NCBI GenBank assembly: GCA_964644695.1
Contig: CAZXWN010000001.1
Location: 306,869-370,868, forward strand
DNA length: 64,000 nt
DNA from: an uncultured bacterium
GTDB lineage: Bacteria; UBP4; UBA4092
Reading direction: 5' to 3'
A program made the position numbers and the translations under genes. Below, piece after piece: positions 27,967 through 39,247 of the stretch (positions within the stretch are counted from its first letter, which is position 1; the number at the start of each line of letters is the position of its first letter). Below the pieces are notes generated by a model. That model worked only from the letters and a program-made list of their open reading frames with translations, was not told the DNA's origin and did no database searches.

Positions 27967-29109
27967 ATGATAAACAAACAACGTTTACAAAAAATATTTT
28001 TGGATTTAGTCAAAATATCATCGCCACCATTAAATGAAAGGCTTGTTGCTGATTATATTAAGGCGATATTATCAGACTTGAATTTGAATGTTATTGAAGA
28101 TGACGCTGGAAAGAAAATAGGTGGCAATACGGGGAATTTATTATGCAGTATTCCTGGTAATAGTCCTGATGTACCTCCAATTGCCTTGGTCACTCACATG
28201 GACACTGTTATCCCATGTGAAAATATTGAGCCCACTTTCGATGGCGATGTTTTCCGTGTTAAAGGGAAAACTGTTCTTGGTGCCGATGATAAAGCTGCTG
28301 TTGCAGAAGTGCTTGAGTTTGTTTACATAGTATTAGAAAGCAATATACCTCATGGTGATATCGAAATAGTGTTTACTATTTCCGAAGAAACTTATATGCA
28401 TGGTTCCAAGGGTTTTGATATAAAAAATCTGAAATCAAAAATTGCATTAATATTAGATGAGCAGGGGGCGCCTGGATCAATTGTCCATGCAGCTCCACAC
28501 CTATTTACACTAGACATAGCTTGCAGAGGAAAAGCTGCTCATGCGGGAATGTGTCCAGAAAAAGGAATTAGTGCAATTCAGATAGCCTCTGATGCAATTT
28601 CGTCAATGACTATTGGCCGACTTGATGAGGAAACTACTGCTAATATTGGTCTTATTACGGGTGGATATGCCCGGAATATTGTTGCAGAAACCGTAAAACT
28701 TGAAGCGGAGAGCCGTAGCTTATCTTTTGAAAAGGTTAAAAAACAAGTCGAGCATATGATAACCTGTTTTCAAGAATCTGCAAAAAAATGGCAAGGTAGT
28801 GTTGATATTAAGTTGAATCATAGCTTTCAAGGGTATTTTATTCCTGAAACTAATCCTTTAATTCAGCTTGTGAATACTGCGGGTATTTCTGCGGGATTAG
28901 ATACGAACCTTTCTCATTCAGGTGGGGGAACGGATGCAAATATCTTTAACTCCAAGGGGCTCACATCTCTTGTCTTATCATGCGGTTATCGTGATATGCA
29001 TTCAAGCTCAGAAAATGTATCCATTGTTGATATGGAAAATACTGTAATATGGCTGAGTAAAATAAGTGAATTGATGAATCAGAAAGAATGGATCCAACGT
29101 CTGACATAA
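27967..29109 (+). CDS. M20 metallopeptidase (peptidase T-like)
   Basis: HMDTV, LGADDKA, TISEE, GKAAHAG..PEKG, GGGTDAN. Confidence 0.88.
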   Translation: MINKQRLQKIFLDLVKISSPPLNERLVADYIKAILSDLNLNVIEDDAGKKIGGNTGNLLCSIPGNSPDVPPIALVTHMDTVIPCENIEPTFDGDVFRVKGKTVLGADDKAAVAEVLEFVYIVLESNIPHGDIEIVFTISEETYMHGSKGFDIKNLKSKIALILDEQGAPGSIVHAAPHLFTLDIACRGKAAHAGMCPEKGISAIQIASDAISSMTIGRLDEETTANIGLITGGYARNIVAETVKLEAESRSLSFEKVKKQVEHMITCFQESAKKWQGSVDIKLNHSFQGYFIPETNPLIQLVNTAGISAGLDTNLSHSGGGTDANIFNSKGLTSLVLSCGYRDMHSSSENVSIVDMENTVIWLSKISELMNQKEWIQRLT

Positions 29110-31280
29110 ATCTCAATAATGACACTTCAATAAAGGTTCCGACGGAGTTGGAGCCTTTATTGAAGTGTATAAAGAATTACTTGCCTAATGAATCTCTTGA
29201 TGAGGTAGTAAAGGCCTTTTTGTTTGCATCAAGAGCTCATTCAGAAATGAAAAGGCTTTCCGGTGAACCCTATATCCAACATTGCCTTTCGGTCGCCTTA
29301 ATATTAGCTGAATTAGAAGTAGATATTCCTACCATATGTGCAGCATTGCTTCATGATGTAGTTGAAGACACCGGTATGACACATGAGGAACTTGAAAAAA
29401 GGTTTGGCTCTGAAGTGTCCATACTTGTAGAGGGTGTCACAAAAATTGGCAAACAGCAGTTTGATACGCGGGAAGAACGTGAAGTAGAAAATATGAGGAA
29501 AATTATCCTGGCAATGGCACAGGATATTCGTGTAATCATCATTAAATTAGCGGATAGATTACATAATATGCGTACACTTCAATATCATTCACCAGAAAAA
29601 CAAAAAAGAATTGCTACCGATACTCTTGATATTTACGCACCTATAGCTCACAGACTTGGTATTGGCCGGATTAAATGGGAATTAGAGGATTTGTGTTTAC
29701 GTTTTCTCAAACCCGATGTTTATTCTCAGATCCATCAGATGGTTGCAAAGAAGAGAAGAGAACGAGAAGAATATATTGTCCAAGTTATAAAAGTTCTTAG
29801 TGAAAAACTTGCAGAGTCAAAGATTAAGTCGAGGATTGAAGGAAGACCAAAACACTTCTATAGCATTTATCAGAAAATGTTGAATCAGAATAGAGATATC
29901 GATGAGATTTATGATTTAACAGCTATTCGCATTATTACTGATTCTAAGAGAAATTGTTATGAAGCTCTTGGTGTTGTACACACATTATATAAACCAATTT
30001 TAGGTCGATTCAAAGACTATATTGCCATGCCTAAATCAAATATGTATCAATCTTTACATACAACCGTCTGGGGTGTAAATAATGAGCCATTAGAAATCCA
30101 GATTCGTACAGATGAAATGCATTTGATTGCAGAAGAGGGTATAGCCGCTCACTGGTTATACAAAGAAGGTATTCATTTATCCAAGGAACAATACGATAAG
30201 CGTTTTGGTTGGTTGCGACAGCTAATTGAATCACAAGAAGAAACTAATGATCCCAAAGAATTTATGAGAAACCTGAAAATTGAATTATTTTCAGATGAAG
30301 TCTTTGTTTTTACTCCCAAAGGGTCCGTTAAAGAATTGCCTGTTGGAGCTACTCCTGTAGATTTTGCCTTTGCTGTCCACAGTGAAGTAGGACTCAGATG
30401 TACGGGCGCAAAGGTTAATGGGAAATTAGTGCCACTTAGGACGGCACTTAATACTGGGGATATTGTTGAGATTATTACTAATAAAAGTGCCAAGCCAAGC
30501 AGAGACTGGCTAAGTTATATAAAGACTTCACGTGCAAGGAATAAAATAACCCATTTTTTAAAACAAGAGGAAGCCTCTGAACTTATAAAAACTGGGCGTG
30601 AAGAAGTGGCGAGAGAATTGAAACAAATTCATATTGGAATTCAGGAAGTTTCAAAACCAGATGGGCTGGTTAAAATTGCAATTGATTTGGGGTTTCCTGG
30701 AGCTGATGAGCTTTTCATTGCTGTCGCTTCTGGGAAAGTGTCTGCAAAGAATATCGTAAACCGTTTATTTCCCTCAAAAGACAAGATAATCAAAAATGAG
30801 AATTTATTAACATCAAATACTGCCCCCATTTCTCATAGTCAAGAAGGTGTCATAATTCAAGGGGTTTCTGATGCTTTAGTTCGTTTTGGAAGGTGCTGTC
30901 ATCCTGTTCCTGGTGATCCCATTGGTGGATTTATAACTCGTGGAAGGGGCATATCTATACATAAAATTGGATGTCAAAGTATTAAACCATTTTTACAGGA
31001 TAAATCGCGCATCATAAAAGTAACTTGGGATAATACTCAAGAAAAGTATCCAGTTCCAATCCGAATTATTGCTCACGACAGACCCGGTCTCTTACGTGAT
31101 GTATTGGACTTGATTGCCTCATTTGATATTAATGTATATTATGCAAAGGCTGAACAAGCGAATAAAAAGGCAAATATTCATATAACTATCGATATTATAA
31201 ACAATAAACAGCTAGATGATTTAATAAAAAATCTTGGAAATATCACTGGAGTTATAGAAACGGTAAGAATTAACAAATAA
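29088..31280 (+). CDS. rel: Bifunctional (p)ppGpp synthetase/hydrolase (Rel/SpoT)
   Basis: Intact hydrolase LHDVVED, KLADRLHNMRTL, RFKDYIA, EIQIRT, TGS domain, CCHPVPGD, C-terminal ACT. Confidence 0.95.
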   Translation: MDPTSDINLNNDTSIKVPTELEPLLKCIKNYLPNESLDEVVKAFLFASRAHSEMKRLSGEPYIQHCLSVALILAELEVDIPTICAALLHDVVEDTGMTHEELEKRFGSEVSILVEGVTKIGKQQFDTREEREVENMRKIILAMAQDIRVIIIKLADRLHNMRTLQYHSPEKQKRIATDTLDIYAPIAHRLGIGRIKWELEDLCLRFLKPDVYSQIHQMVAKKRREREEYIVQVIKVLSEKLAESKIKSRIEGRPKHFYSIYQKMLNQNRDIDEIYDLTAIRIITDSKRNCYEALGVVHTLYKPILGRFKDYIAMPKSNMYQSLHTTVWGVNNEPLEIQIRTDEMHLIAEEGIAAHWLYKEGIHLSKEQYDKRFGWLRQLIESQEETNDPKEFMRNLKIELFSDEVFVFTPKGSVKELPVGATPVDFAFAVHSEVGLRCTGAKVNGKLVPLRTALNTGDIVEIITNKSAKPSRDWLSYIKTSRARNKITHFLKQEEASELIKTGREEVARELKQIHIGIQEVSKPDGLVKIAIDLGFPGADELFIAVASGKVSAKNIVNRLFPSKDKIIKNENLLTSNTAPISHSQEGVIIQGVSDALVRFGRCCHPVPGDPIGGFITRGRGISIHKIGCQSIKPFLQDKSRIIKVTWDNTQEKYPVPIRIIAHDRPGLLRDVLDLIASFDINVYYAKAEQANKKANIHITIDIINNKQLDDLIKNLGNITGVIETVRINK

Positions 31281-31320
31281 ATAAAAGAGGTAAGTTTGAA
31301 CTTACCTCTTTTATTTATTT
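31275..31320. terminator. Bidirectional terminator between rel and rpmB
   Basis: 22-bp perfect inverted repeat AAATAAATAAAAGAGGTAAGTT-TG-AACTTACCTCTTTTATTTATTT. Confidence 0.85.
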
Positions 31321-31329
31321 CAATACGAA

Positions 31330-31524
31330 TTATGCAGCTTTAGTTACTTTGCCAGAGCGGATACAACGAGTGCAAACACGAATATACTTGTTTACACCAG
31401 GCGCGATTTGAGCATGGACTCTCTGTAAATTAGGGAGCCAACGCCTTTTAGTTTTCTTATTTGAATGGGACACATTATTACCACTATGAGATGTTTTTCC
31501 ACAAACTGAACAACTTACTGACAT
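31330..31524 (-). CDS. rpmB: 50S ribosomal protein L28 (Zn-binding CxxC form)
   Basis: [28 protein letters not shown]...[18 protein letters not shown]. Confidence 0.96.
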   Translation of the reverse strand: MSVSCSVCGKTSHSGNNVSHSNKKTKRRWLPNLQRVHAQIAPGVNKYIRVCTRCIRSGKVTKAA

Positions 31525-31654
31525 GACATACTCCTCAATAAATGACTTAACTCTATAAATATATCAGTTTTTACCCAATATATCAATACCCAATCCTTGA
31601 TATATATGGTTATAATGAAGCTACTTATGAATAAATAAATTGTATGGGAAGTGT

Positions 31655-33724
31655 ATGGATTACAATCAATCCGTTCAATATTTAAAAGGTGTTGGACCCC
31701 ATAAGGCAAGATTGTTTGAAAAAATGGGAGTTATAACTATATTAGATTTGCTTTTATTTTTTCCAAGAGAATATCAGAATTGGGGAAATTTAAGAAAAAT
31801 AGCAGATATTCAGATTGGTGAAATTGTGACATTTATCGGATATGTGATGGCATTCAAGGAAATAAGACCATTCAAATCAAAGGGTGTGAAACATATACTG
31901 AAAATGGCCGTTTCTGATGGGACGTCAGTCGTGCATATAGTTTGGTTTAATCAATCGTATAATTTGAAAAAATATTCAGTGGGTGAACAATTATGTATAA
32001 CTGGGAAGGCAAGGAAGGGATTGTCAAAATTACAAATTGAACCCTATGAAATATCTAACGTTGAAGATGGCACTCTTCCTACTGCTAAGAAATATGTCCC
32101 CGTGTATCCACTTACTGAGGGATTAGACCAAAAAATACTACGAAAATTAATTGCTTTTGTGTTGGATGAAATTAATATCAATTTTGAGACATTACCAGAC
32201 CCCATATTAAGGAAGTATAGCTTTATACCACGGAGTGAATCACTTAAACTGATTCATTTTCCAGAGAACGAACGTGATGTTGAGAAGGCTAGAAACAGGC
32301 TTGTATATGAAGAACTATTCTCATATCAGATTGCTTATTTGTTAGTAAAACGTAGACAAGAGATACAGATTAAAAACATTGTCTATACAAGTAATTATGA
32401 ATTAATTCACAAGGTAAAAGGTATTATTCCCTTTGACCTTACTAATTCTCAAAAAAGAGTACTACACGATATATGGAAAGATATGAAATCCTCTTCACCA
32501 ATGAATCGTCTTTTACAAGGCGATGTTGGATCTGGAAAAACTATTATTGTCTTATTTTCATTATTATTGTCATATTGTAGTGGATATCAAAGCGTATTGA
32601 TGGTTCCTACTGAAGTTTTGGCAAACCAGCATTATAAGACGTTTCTGAAATACTTCGAGTCTATAAATATAAATCTCTTTTTGTTGACAAGCCAAACATC
32701 TTCAAATGACAGAAAAAAGATTTATCAATACATTGGTGAAGGAATTCCCTGTATTGTAATAGGTACTCATGCGTTGATTGAAAACAATGTGGTGTTTAAA
32801 AAATTATCATTAATTGTAATTGATGAGCAACACAGGTTTGGTGTAATTCAAAGAGATAGTCTTAGGTTAAAAGGGGGTAATACTGCTGACGTTTTAATAA
32901 TGACAGCTACTCCCATTCCCAGAACACTTAGTATGAGTGTTTATGGAGATTTGGATATATCAGTTATTGATGAAATCCCCCCTGGAAGAAAGCCCACCAA
33001 AACTCAAATATGTGAGAGTAATAGTACTGCACTATATGAGTTTATCCATGAAAATATTACAAAAGGACGTCAAGCTTACTTTGTTTATCCTTTAATTAAT
33101 GAAACCGAAAAGAGTGATATTAAAGCCGCATTATCAATGCATAAGGAACTTGGAAAAATATTTCCTGATTTTGAAATTGGGTTGGTCCATGGAAGACAAA
33201 ACAAAAGGAATCAACAATCAACAATGAATTCTTTTGTGAATGGAGAGATTGATATTTTAGTCAGCACAACAGTGATTGAGGTTGGTGTTGATGTTCCGAA
33301 TGCAAACATAATTGTTATTGAAAATGCAGAAAGATTTGGACTAGCTCAATTGCATCAACTGCGAGGAAGAGTTGGAAGAGGATTTTATGAATCTTTTTGT
33401 TTTCTTGTTTCTGAAAATAATGTGTCTGAAATTGCAAAACAACGATTAAGAATAATGGAAGAAACTACAGATGGATTTGTGATTGCTGAAAAAGACATGA
33501 AACTAAGAGGCCCTGGTGAAATGATTGGTACTGCGCAACATGGTGCCATCAATTATTATATTGCCAATCTCCAAAGAGATGAAGAATGGCTGAAATTAGC
33601 ACGAGATGATGCAAAGAGAATAATCAACGATGATCCAACCTTGTCGAAAGAACAAAATAGCAGAATAAAGTTTTTACTCAAACAATATGTTAGAGAAAAA
33701 ATCAATTATGGTGATGTAGGGTAG
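31655..33724 (+). CDS. recG: ATP-dependent DNA helicase RecG
   Basis: LKGVGP, RLLQGDVGSGKT, IDEQHRFG, MTATPIPRTL, QLHQLRGRVGRG, RGPGE; start placed at ATG 31655. Confidence 0.95.
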   Translation: MDYNQSVQYLKGVGPHKARLFEKMGVITILDLLLFFPREYQNWGNLRKIADIQIGEIVTFIGYVMAFKEIRPFKSKGVKHILKMAVSDGTSVVHIVWFNQSYNLKKYSVGEQLCITGKARKGLSKLQIEPYEISNVEDGTLPTAKKYVPVYPLTEGLDQKILRKLIAFVLDEININFETLPDPILRKYSFIPRSESLKLIHFPENERDVEKARNRLVYEELFSYQIAYLLVKRRQEIQIKNIVYTSNYELIHKVKGIIPFDLTNSQKRVLHDIWKDMKSSSPMNRLLQGDVGSGKTIIVLFSLLLSYCSGYQSVLMVPTEVLANQHYKTFLKYFESININLFLLTSQTSSNDRKKIYQYIGEGIPCIVIGTHALIENNVVFKKLSLIVIDEQHRFGVIQRDSLRLKGGNTADVLIMTATPIPRTLSMSVYGDLDISVIDEIPPGRKPTKTQICESNSTALYEFIHENITKGRQAYFVYPLINETEKSDIKAALSMHKELGKIFPDFEIGLVHGRQNKRNQQSTMNSFVNGEIDILVSTTVIEVGVDVPNANIIVIENAERFGLAQLHQLRGRVGRGFYESFCFLVSENNVSEIAKQRLRIMEETTDGFVIAEKDMKLRGPGEMIGTAQHGAINYYIANLQRDEEWLKLARDDAKRIINDDPTLSKEQNSRIKFLLKQYVREKINYGDVG

Positions 33725-35735
33725 GGTTAATTTTATAAATGGTAATTGAATTGTGAGAGTAAATAATCTTACCAACTGAGCTCCATTTGTTATTATTCGG
33801 GTAATACATATTTTCTAGAAAACCTACATACACATATTCGATTTTATATTTTTGTATTAGAGACTTTAAAATTTCTGTATCATTTGTTCCCCATAAAAGA
33901 GATATGTCTTTATATCGTTTTTCAATGAGTGATGTATTATTTCTCCATATAACCTCATGGTTGCCCCACCCAAGTAATGATGAAAGCCCCGTATACGAAG
34001 ATATTCTTCCTGTATAGTAATAAGCTGATCCTGGTGCCTCCAGAATTACATGATTTCCTGTTAGATAGGTGTTTAGCCATTTTATGGCATCTTTCTCCTG
34101 AGGCATTAATTTATCCATATAACACAAGCCATCTAATGTACATGAACTGTTTGAGTTAACTCTATCTCGAACAACAGCGATAGGATATATAAGACCCAGA
34201 GATATTAAAAGTACTATATGTACACGGATTTTGGGTGTAGATTTTATCCAATATTTCGCAATAAATGGTGACAATCCACATCCTAAAAGAATCCAGGAAA
34301 GGAAATATGTCTTAAATACTGTATTATGTCTATAAAACATGCCCTCATTGTAGGGGTCAATCAGGTATAAAAATTCACATGACCCTATACTAATTAATGC
34401 TATTGAAATCAGTACCCTATATGTACTCGTTTTATCCAGGATATAAATAAGCACTCCCCACCAAATTAATAAGTATCCTGGCCAGTATTTAGTTGATACG
34501 AAGCATAATAAAACTAATGGTGACAAATAAATCAAATCCAATTTATTTTTTACTGGCTTATTGAGTAATAAAAGTGAAAATCCCCCAAATATTCCCCAAA
34601 CAAAAAATACAGCCAGTGGTCCACTTGGAGTTGAAACAATTCCTACTCCTTTTACTGATGATGACAGGTTATGCCAATATGGATGAAAAGTAACGATTAG
34701 CAAGCTTGATATAAATAAAACATGAAAAATGTTCTTAGCACTCATTAGTTTTTTAAGGTTATGACATATAAAAACTATAATTAATAATAATATTATTGGT
34801 ACATCCCATGGATTGATCATACACAAGAGGGAAAAACAAGAAATTGTTACGATGCTTAGGGCATTTGAACGATTTAGTTTGTACTGTAGGAGTAAACAAA
34901 TGAGTGCTAATACAAAAGGTAGGTTTATGTAATGTGCATGAAGATCCCCATGAATGAAACTGAAAAACGGGAATTCATTAATTGTGTAGGGGATTACTCT
35001 TGAACTTGACCAATAATCAATATTATTACCTCTGACGAGTTGTACTACTGGATATAGATTTCCCAATAGACAGACTATGATGCATAGGAAAATGCCAGTC
35101 CATAAACGTTCTTTGTTATTTGGTGACATAGAAACAGTAAAACAGTGGAGGAATGTTAAGTAAAAGACTGTTACAAGCGCAAATTGATAACCATAAGAAA
35201 AATAGATGCCACTCATTTTCAATACATTGGCAAATATCATGTGTCCCCAATAGTAATAGTTCGATGAGTATCCAGCGAGCCAGGGATCTGGAGGCGGAAG
35301 AACATCTGTTCGTATTAGAGAATTAAGAATAGCCGAGTCCATTAATTTCTCAGCTCCAATAATAGAAGGGTTTAATGCCCTTATAGTCAATAAAATGCTG
35401 AAGACCAATAGTCCGAATAATTCATAAGCTAAAATCTTTTTACAATTGTCTTTTAGTGCTAATTGTGTATTTTTTCCAAGGGGATCCAATAGACCCCAAT
35501 TTAAAATAAGTTGTACAATAACAATAGACCAGAGCAAATATTTACAATAAGAGATATGAAACCAAGATACTGCCGTAAATGATAAAAAAGATAAACAACC
35601 TAACCCCAGAGTTCTTGACAGTAACACCCCTTTCTCTGGAGCTTTAGGAAACAATATAATACTCAGAGGAATCATTGATATACCAATGATTATCAACCAG
35701 AAATACCAATAGATGGATAATAAAATCGAATTCAT
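33702..35735 (-). CDS. DUF2298-like polytopic membrane protein (GT-C-like, YYY motif)
   Basis: GAEKLMD, PPPDPWLAG..SNYYYWG, INEFPFFSFIHGDLHAH, NTVFK, LGWGNHEVIWR. Confidence 0.82.
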   Translation of the reverse strand: MNSILLSIYWYFWLIIIGISMIPLSIILFPKAPEKGVLLSRTLGLGCLSFLSFTAVSWFHISYCKYLLWSIVIVQLILNWGLLDPLGKNTQLALKDNCKKILAYELFGLLVFSILLTIRALNPSIIGAEKLMDSAILNSLIRTDVLPPPDPWLAGYSSNYYYWGHMIFANVLKMSGIYFSYGYQFALVTVFYLTFLHCFTVSMSPNNKERLWTGIFLCIIVCLLGNLYPVVQLVRGNNIDYWSSSRVIPYTINEFPFFSFIHGDLHAHYINLPFVLALICLLLQYKLNRSNALSIVTISCFSLLCMINPWDVPIILLLIIVFICHNLKKLMSAKNIFHVLFISSLLIVTFHPYWHNLSSSVKGVGIVSTPSGPLAVFFVWGIFGGFSLLLLNKPVKNKLDLIYLSPLVLLCFVSTKYWPGYLLIWWGVLIYILDKTSTYRVLISIALISIGSCEFLYLIDPYNEGMFYRHNTVFKTYFLSWILLGCGLSPFIAKYWIKSTPKIRVHIVLLISLGLIYPIAVVRDRVNSNSSCTLDGLCYMDKLMPQEKDAIKWLNTYLTGNHVILEAPGSAYYYTGRISSYTGLSSLLGWGNHEVIWRNNTSLIEKRYKDISLLWGTNDTEILKSLIQKYKIEYVYVGFLENMYYPNNNKWSSVGKIIYSHNSITIYKINPTLHHHN

Positions 35736-35811
35736 AGTAAAAGAATAATTGGCAATGTTGTTTTCTTTAGTTATTATTTGATATACAAATTAAAAATAGA
35801 ATTGTAGCCTT

Positions 35812-36438
35812 ATGTCGATAGCAAAAGAAAGTTTACCTTTTATAGCTCCACTTATATTATTAACTATTTTAATAGGATGGTGGGATTGGCGTTTTGCATT
35901 CATTCCTGTCATCTTTATCACGTTAATAGCTTTTTTCTTTAGAGACCCCTCCCGAACTATCCCATCTGAACCAGATATTATAGTCTCTGCAGCAGATGGA
36001 AAGGTAGATATTATTGATGAAATCCCCTCATTAGACGAACATTCAAATGCTAAATTAAAAAGAGTAAGTGTATTTTTATCTGTATTCGATGTTCATATTA
36101 ACCGCTCTCCAGTGGCGGGTAAAATAATAAAAACTCAGTATAAACAAGGGAAATTTCATAATGCGATGGATGGTAAATCTTCGGAATTAAATGAAAATAA
36201 CCTCATCTGTATATTCTATAATGGTAAAAAGGTATGGGTAAGGCAAATAGCAGGAATGATTGCCCGTAGAATTGTATGTTATTTGGAAAAAGGTTCGTCT
36301 GTAGAGCGTGGTGAAAAAATAGGGCTGATACGCTTTGGATCAAGAACCGATATTTACTTACCATTAGAAGCAGAAGTAATTGTGAAAAAAGGAGATCGTG
36401 TACGAGGTGGAGAAACCATTATTGCACGATTGAAATAG
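35812..36438 (+). CDS. psd: Phosphatidylserine decarboxylase (short type)
   Basis: FFFRDPSR, SAADG, FLSVFDVHINRSP, QIAGMIARRI, IRFGSRTD autocleavage motif. Confidence 0.94.
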   Translation: MSIAKESLPFIAPLILLTILIGWWDWRFAFIPVIFITLIAFFFRDPSRTIPSEPDIIVSAADGKVDIIDEIPSLDEHSNAKLKRVSVFLSVFDVHINRSPVAGKIIKTQYKQGKFHNAMDGKSSELNENNLICIFYNGKKVWVRQIAGMIARRIVCYLEKGSSVERGEKIGLIRFGSRTDIYLPLEAEVIVKKGDRVRGGETIIARLK

Positions 36439-36444
36439 AAAAAC

Positions 36445-37230
36445 ATGAAGAAGATTAATTCAATCAAGGGTATTTATCTGTTACCTAACCTGTTTACTAC
36501 TGCAAGCTTATTTTGTGGATTTTTAGCTATTATCTTTGCAAATAACAATCAGATTGAACAAGCAATATGGTCAATTTTTATTGGGGTAATTATGGATGGT
36601 TTAGATGGAAGAATTGCCCGTATGACAGGTACATCAAGTGAGTTTGGTGTCCAATATGATTCACTTTCTGATTTGGTGACTTTTGGAATTGCCCCCGGTT
36701 TTATATCCTATAAGCTGGCTCATGGGTATGGTAGTAAAATTGCTTTAGCCGCCTGTGCAATGTATGTGATATGTGGTGCATTACGTTTAGCCAGATTTAA
36801 TGTACAAAGTAAGGGTGAAGAAAAACAAGGTTTTGTTGGGATTCCGATCCCGGGTGCCGCTGCCATGTTGTTGTCAACAATTATGGTTTTTGAGAAATAT
36901 AACTGGATTTTCATGCCGAAGTGGATTCCAATGTTGGCTTTTATTTTAGGAATGTTGATGGTAAGCAATTTGCCATATATGAGCCTTAAAAAAGCTCGCC
37001 TTGAACAGAAAAAACCGTTTAATTCATTAGTTGCTATGGTCATGGTAGTTGTTATTCTGATAATGATATCTGACTATATGGAATTAATGTTATTTGGATT
37101 ATGTACTATCTATACCCTTTTGGGGATATTGACAGGAATTGGGGTTCCAACATGGAAAATTCCGGGTATTGGTTATTATATTCCTATTCCTACAAATGCA
37201 TTGATACGAGCTGGTAGAATAAGTAAATAA
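36445..37230 (+). CDS. pssA: CDP-diacylglycerol--serine O-phosphatidyltransferase
   Basis: LPNLFT, DGLDGRIAR...SEFGVQYDSLSDLVTFG, LRLARFN; follows psd. Confidence 0.94.
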   Translation: MKKINSIKGIYLLPNLFTTASLFCGFLAIIFANNNQIEQAIWSIFIGVIMDGLDGRIARMTGTSSEFGVQYDSLSDLVTFGIAPGFISYKLAHGYGSKIALAACAMYVICGALRLARFNVQSKGEEKQGFVGIPIPGAAAMLLSTIMVFEKYNWIFMPKWIPMLAFILGMLMVSNLPYMSLKKARLEQKKPFNSLVAMVMVVVILIMISDYMELMLFGLCTIYTLLGILTGIGVPTWKIPGIGYYIPIPTNALIRAGRISK

Positions 37231-37249
37231 TAGATAAGAGGGAAAGCCT

Positions 37250-37474
37250 GTGATACTAAAATCCATAAGTCACCTTGCTTTATTGGCACAATCTAATCTT
37301 GGGAATATTAATAAGTTAAAAGAAAATATAGTCCAAAATGGTGTCCAAGGTCTAATATGTTTGGGATTGGTTTTCGGTGGTTTTATTTGGGCACTTATAT
37401 TTGACAATAAAATTGGATATTTGTTGGTAATTGGTGGTTTTGTTTGGATGGCAAAACTGTGGGGATTATTTTAA
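37250..37474 (+). CDS. Small hypothetical membrane protein
   Basis: GTG start with GAGGG RBS, two C-terminal hydrophobic segments, follows pssA. Confidence 0.5.
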   Translation: MILKSISHLALLAQSNLGNINKLKENIVQNGVQGLICLGLVFGGFIWALIFDNKIGYLLVIGGFVWMAKLWGLF

Positions 37475-39169
37475 TAAAAAATTTTGTTTATATTCTCTGA
37501 GTAAATTTTTTATTTGTTTATTTCCTTTATCGTCTGAAAGTCTTTTTTCCAAAAGTGATATAGCTTTTTCAAGGTTGTTATTTTTGTAATATGCTTGCGC
37601 AAGATGTAAGATCATTTCACTGTTATTGGGATTAATTTTATACGACTTTTCCAAATACTCAACCGCCTTTTCATAGTCACCTCTTTTAAAATAACACCAC
37701 CCCAGACTATCCAGTATGTAGTATTTCTCAGGTGACAAAGACACTGCCTTTATCAGTAATTTTAGCGCCTCTTCAAAGTAAATATTATTTTCCACATAAA
37801 CATACCCTAATGCATTCAAATAATCGGGTTCATCAGGACTTAAGCTAATGGATTCTTTCAAGTAGCCAATGGCTTTTTCATATTGTTTATTTTCAAGATT
37901 TATTAGTCCCATACGATAGGGTATCTCAGGATTGTTTTTATTTTTTTTATAAGCAGTTTGGTACCATGACATGGCAATATCTGGTTTATTTAATGATTCA
38001 TAGGATAAAGCTAAGGAAAAAGCTATGCTCGAATATTGTGGATATTGTTGATAGATCTTTTCGAGATAATCAATTGATTGTGGTATTTGATGGGTCTCTG
38101 AGAAGTAGTTACTGTAAAGTTTCAGAATGTTTTTTTCATCTGAAGCCTGAATTATTGAATCTTTTATGAAGTTGGCTGCCCCTGTTTTATTACCATTATG
38201 ATGGTAGATAAATCCAAGATAAAGTTTAGCTAGTGGTGAGTTATCCTTCTTACTTACGAGTGGTTCAAGATAACTCTGAGCTTCTTCATATTGACCTAAA
38301 TGGACCAGGGCAATTCCATAGCGTAATTTGTGACTGTTATAATCAGGTTGTTTAGTAATGAGATAACTGAGGTAGGTTGTTGCTGAAGAGTAATTCATTT
38401 GGCTTATATAAATTTCAGAAAGCCCAGTATAAGCAGGAATGGATGTGCTATCCAAACTTATGGCTTTTAGATACGCTGTTTCTGCTAAATATGATTGATT
38501 CAACATTTCATAACAATTTGCCAAACTAATATATCCCATTGGAATGTTTGGGTTGAGCTTTGTTACTGTTTTAAAACATTCAACTGCTTTTTCATAATCA
38601 CTGGTGAGCGAATAGAGTGTACCTAATTGAAAAATAGAAATAATATCTGCAGGATTAAGAGATATTGCTTTTTCATAGTGATCGATTGAACTCTTAATAT
38701 TACCCGTTCGCCAGTATTCTTCTGCCAATAAAGATTCCGCAGCATCTTGAGTCGAATCATTCATTAATGACTGTAGGATTTCGTTAATCGCAAGTGTATG
38801 CTTATTTAATCTGGCATAAATTGTTCCCAATAATAATCTTGCGGTTGGATTATCCTTTTGAATGGCTAAGACTTTTTTTGAATATGTCGTGGCCTTATCA
38901 AAATCATCTTGAAGATAATAAAGCTCAGCAACTTCCATTGTTATTTCAACATTTGTTGAATCCCAGGACAATCCTCTCATAAATTCTTGTAGGGCATTAT
39001 CATATTGACCATTAAACTTATAAAAAGAACCAAGGATATAACTTTGATAAACTCTGATTTGTTGATTTTGCGTGTAAATTGATTGAGGCACTAAGTCCGC
39101 TGCCATATTTGGGGATACAATATTGAATAAGGATATAACTAATAATATATAGAATATTTTTATGGGCAT
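37466..39169 (-). CDS. Exported TPR-repeat protein
   Basis: Signal peptide; many TPRs; C-terminal LNALGYVYVE...ILDSLGWCYFKRG typical of periplasmic TPR proteins. Confidence 0.88.
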   Translation of the reverse strand: MPIKIFYILLVISLFNIVSPNMAADLVPQSIYTQNQQIRVYQSYILGSFYKFNGQYDNALQEFMRGLSWDSTNVEITMEVAELYYLQDDFDKATTYSKKVLAIQKDNPTARLLLGTIYARLNKHTLAINEILQSLMNDSTQDAAESLLAEEYWRTGNIKSSIDHYEKAISLNPADIISIFQLGTLYSLTSDYEKAVECFKTVTKLNPNIPMGYISLANCYEMLNQSYLAETAYLKAISLDSTSIPAYTGLSEIYISQMNYSSATTYLSYLITKQPDYNSHKLRYGIALVHLGQYEEAQSYLEPLVSKKDNSPLAKLYLGFIYHHNGNKTGAANFIKDSIIQASDEKNILKLYSNYFSETHQIPQSIDYLEKIYQQYPQYSSIAFSLALSYESLNKPDIAMSWYQTAYKKNKNNPEIPYRMGLINLENKQYEKAIGYLKESISLSPDEPDYLNALGYVYVENNIYFEEALKLLIKAVSLSPEKYYILDSLGWCYFKRGDYEKAVEYLEKSYKINPNNSEMILHLAQAYYKNNNLEKAISLLEKRLSDDKGNKQIKNLLREYKQNFLLK

Positions 39170-39247
39170 CTTATTGTCCTGAATTAAAGTAACTGCTAAT
39201 CTACATACATTCTAGAATTCATATTCACTTGAAGCAAGGAAAAAGGA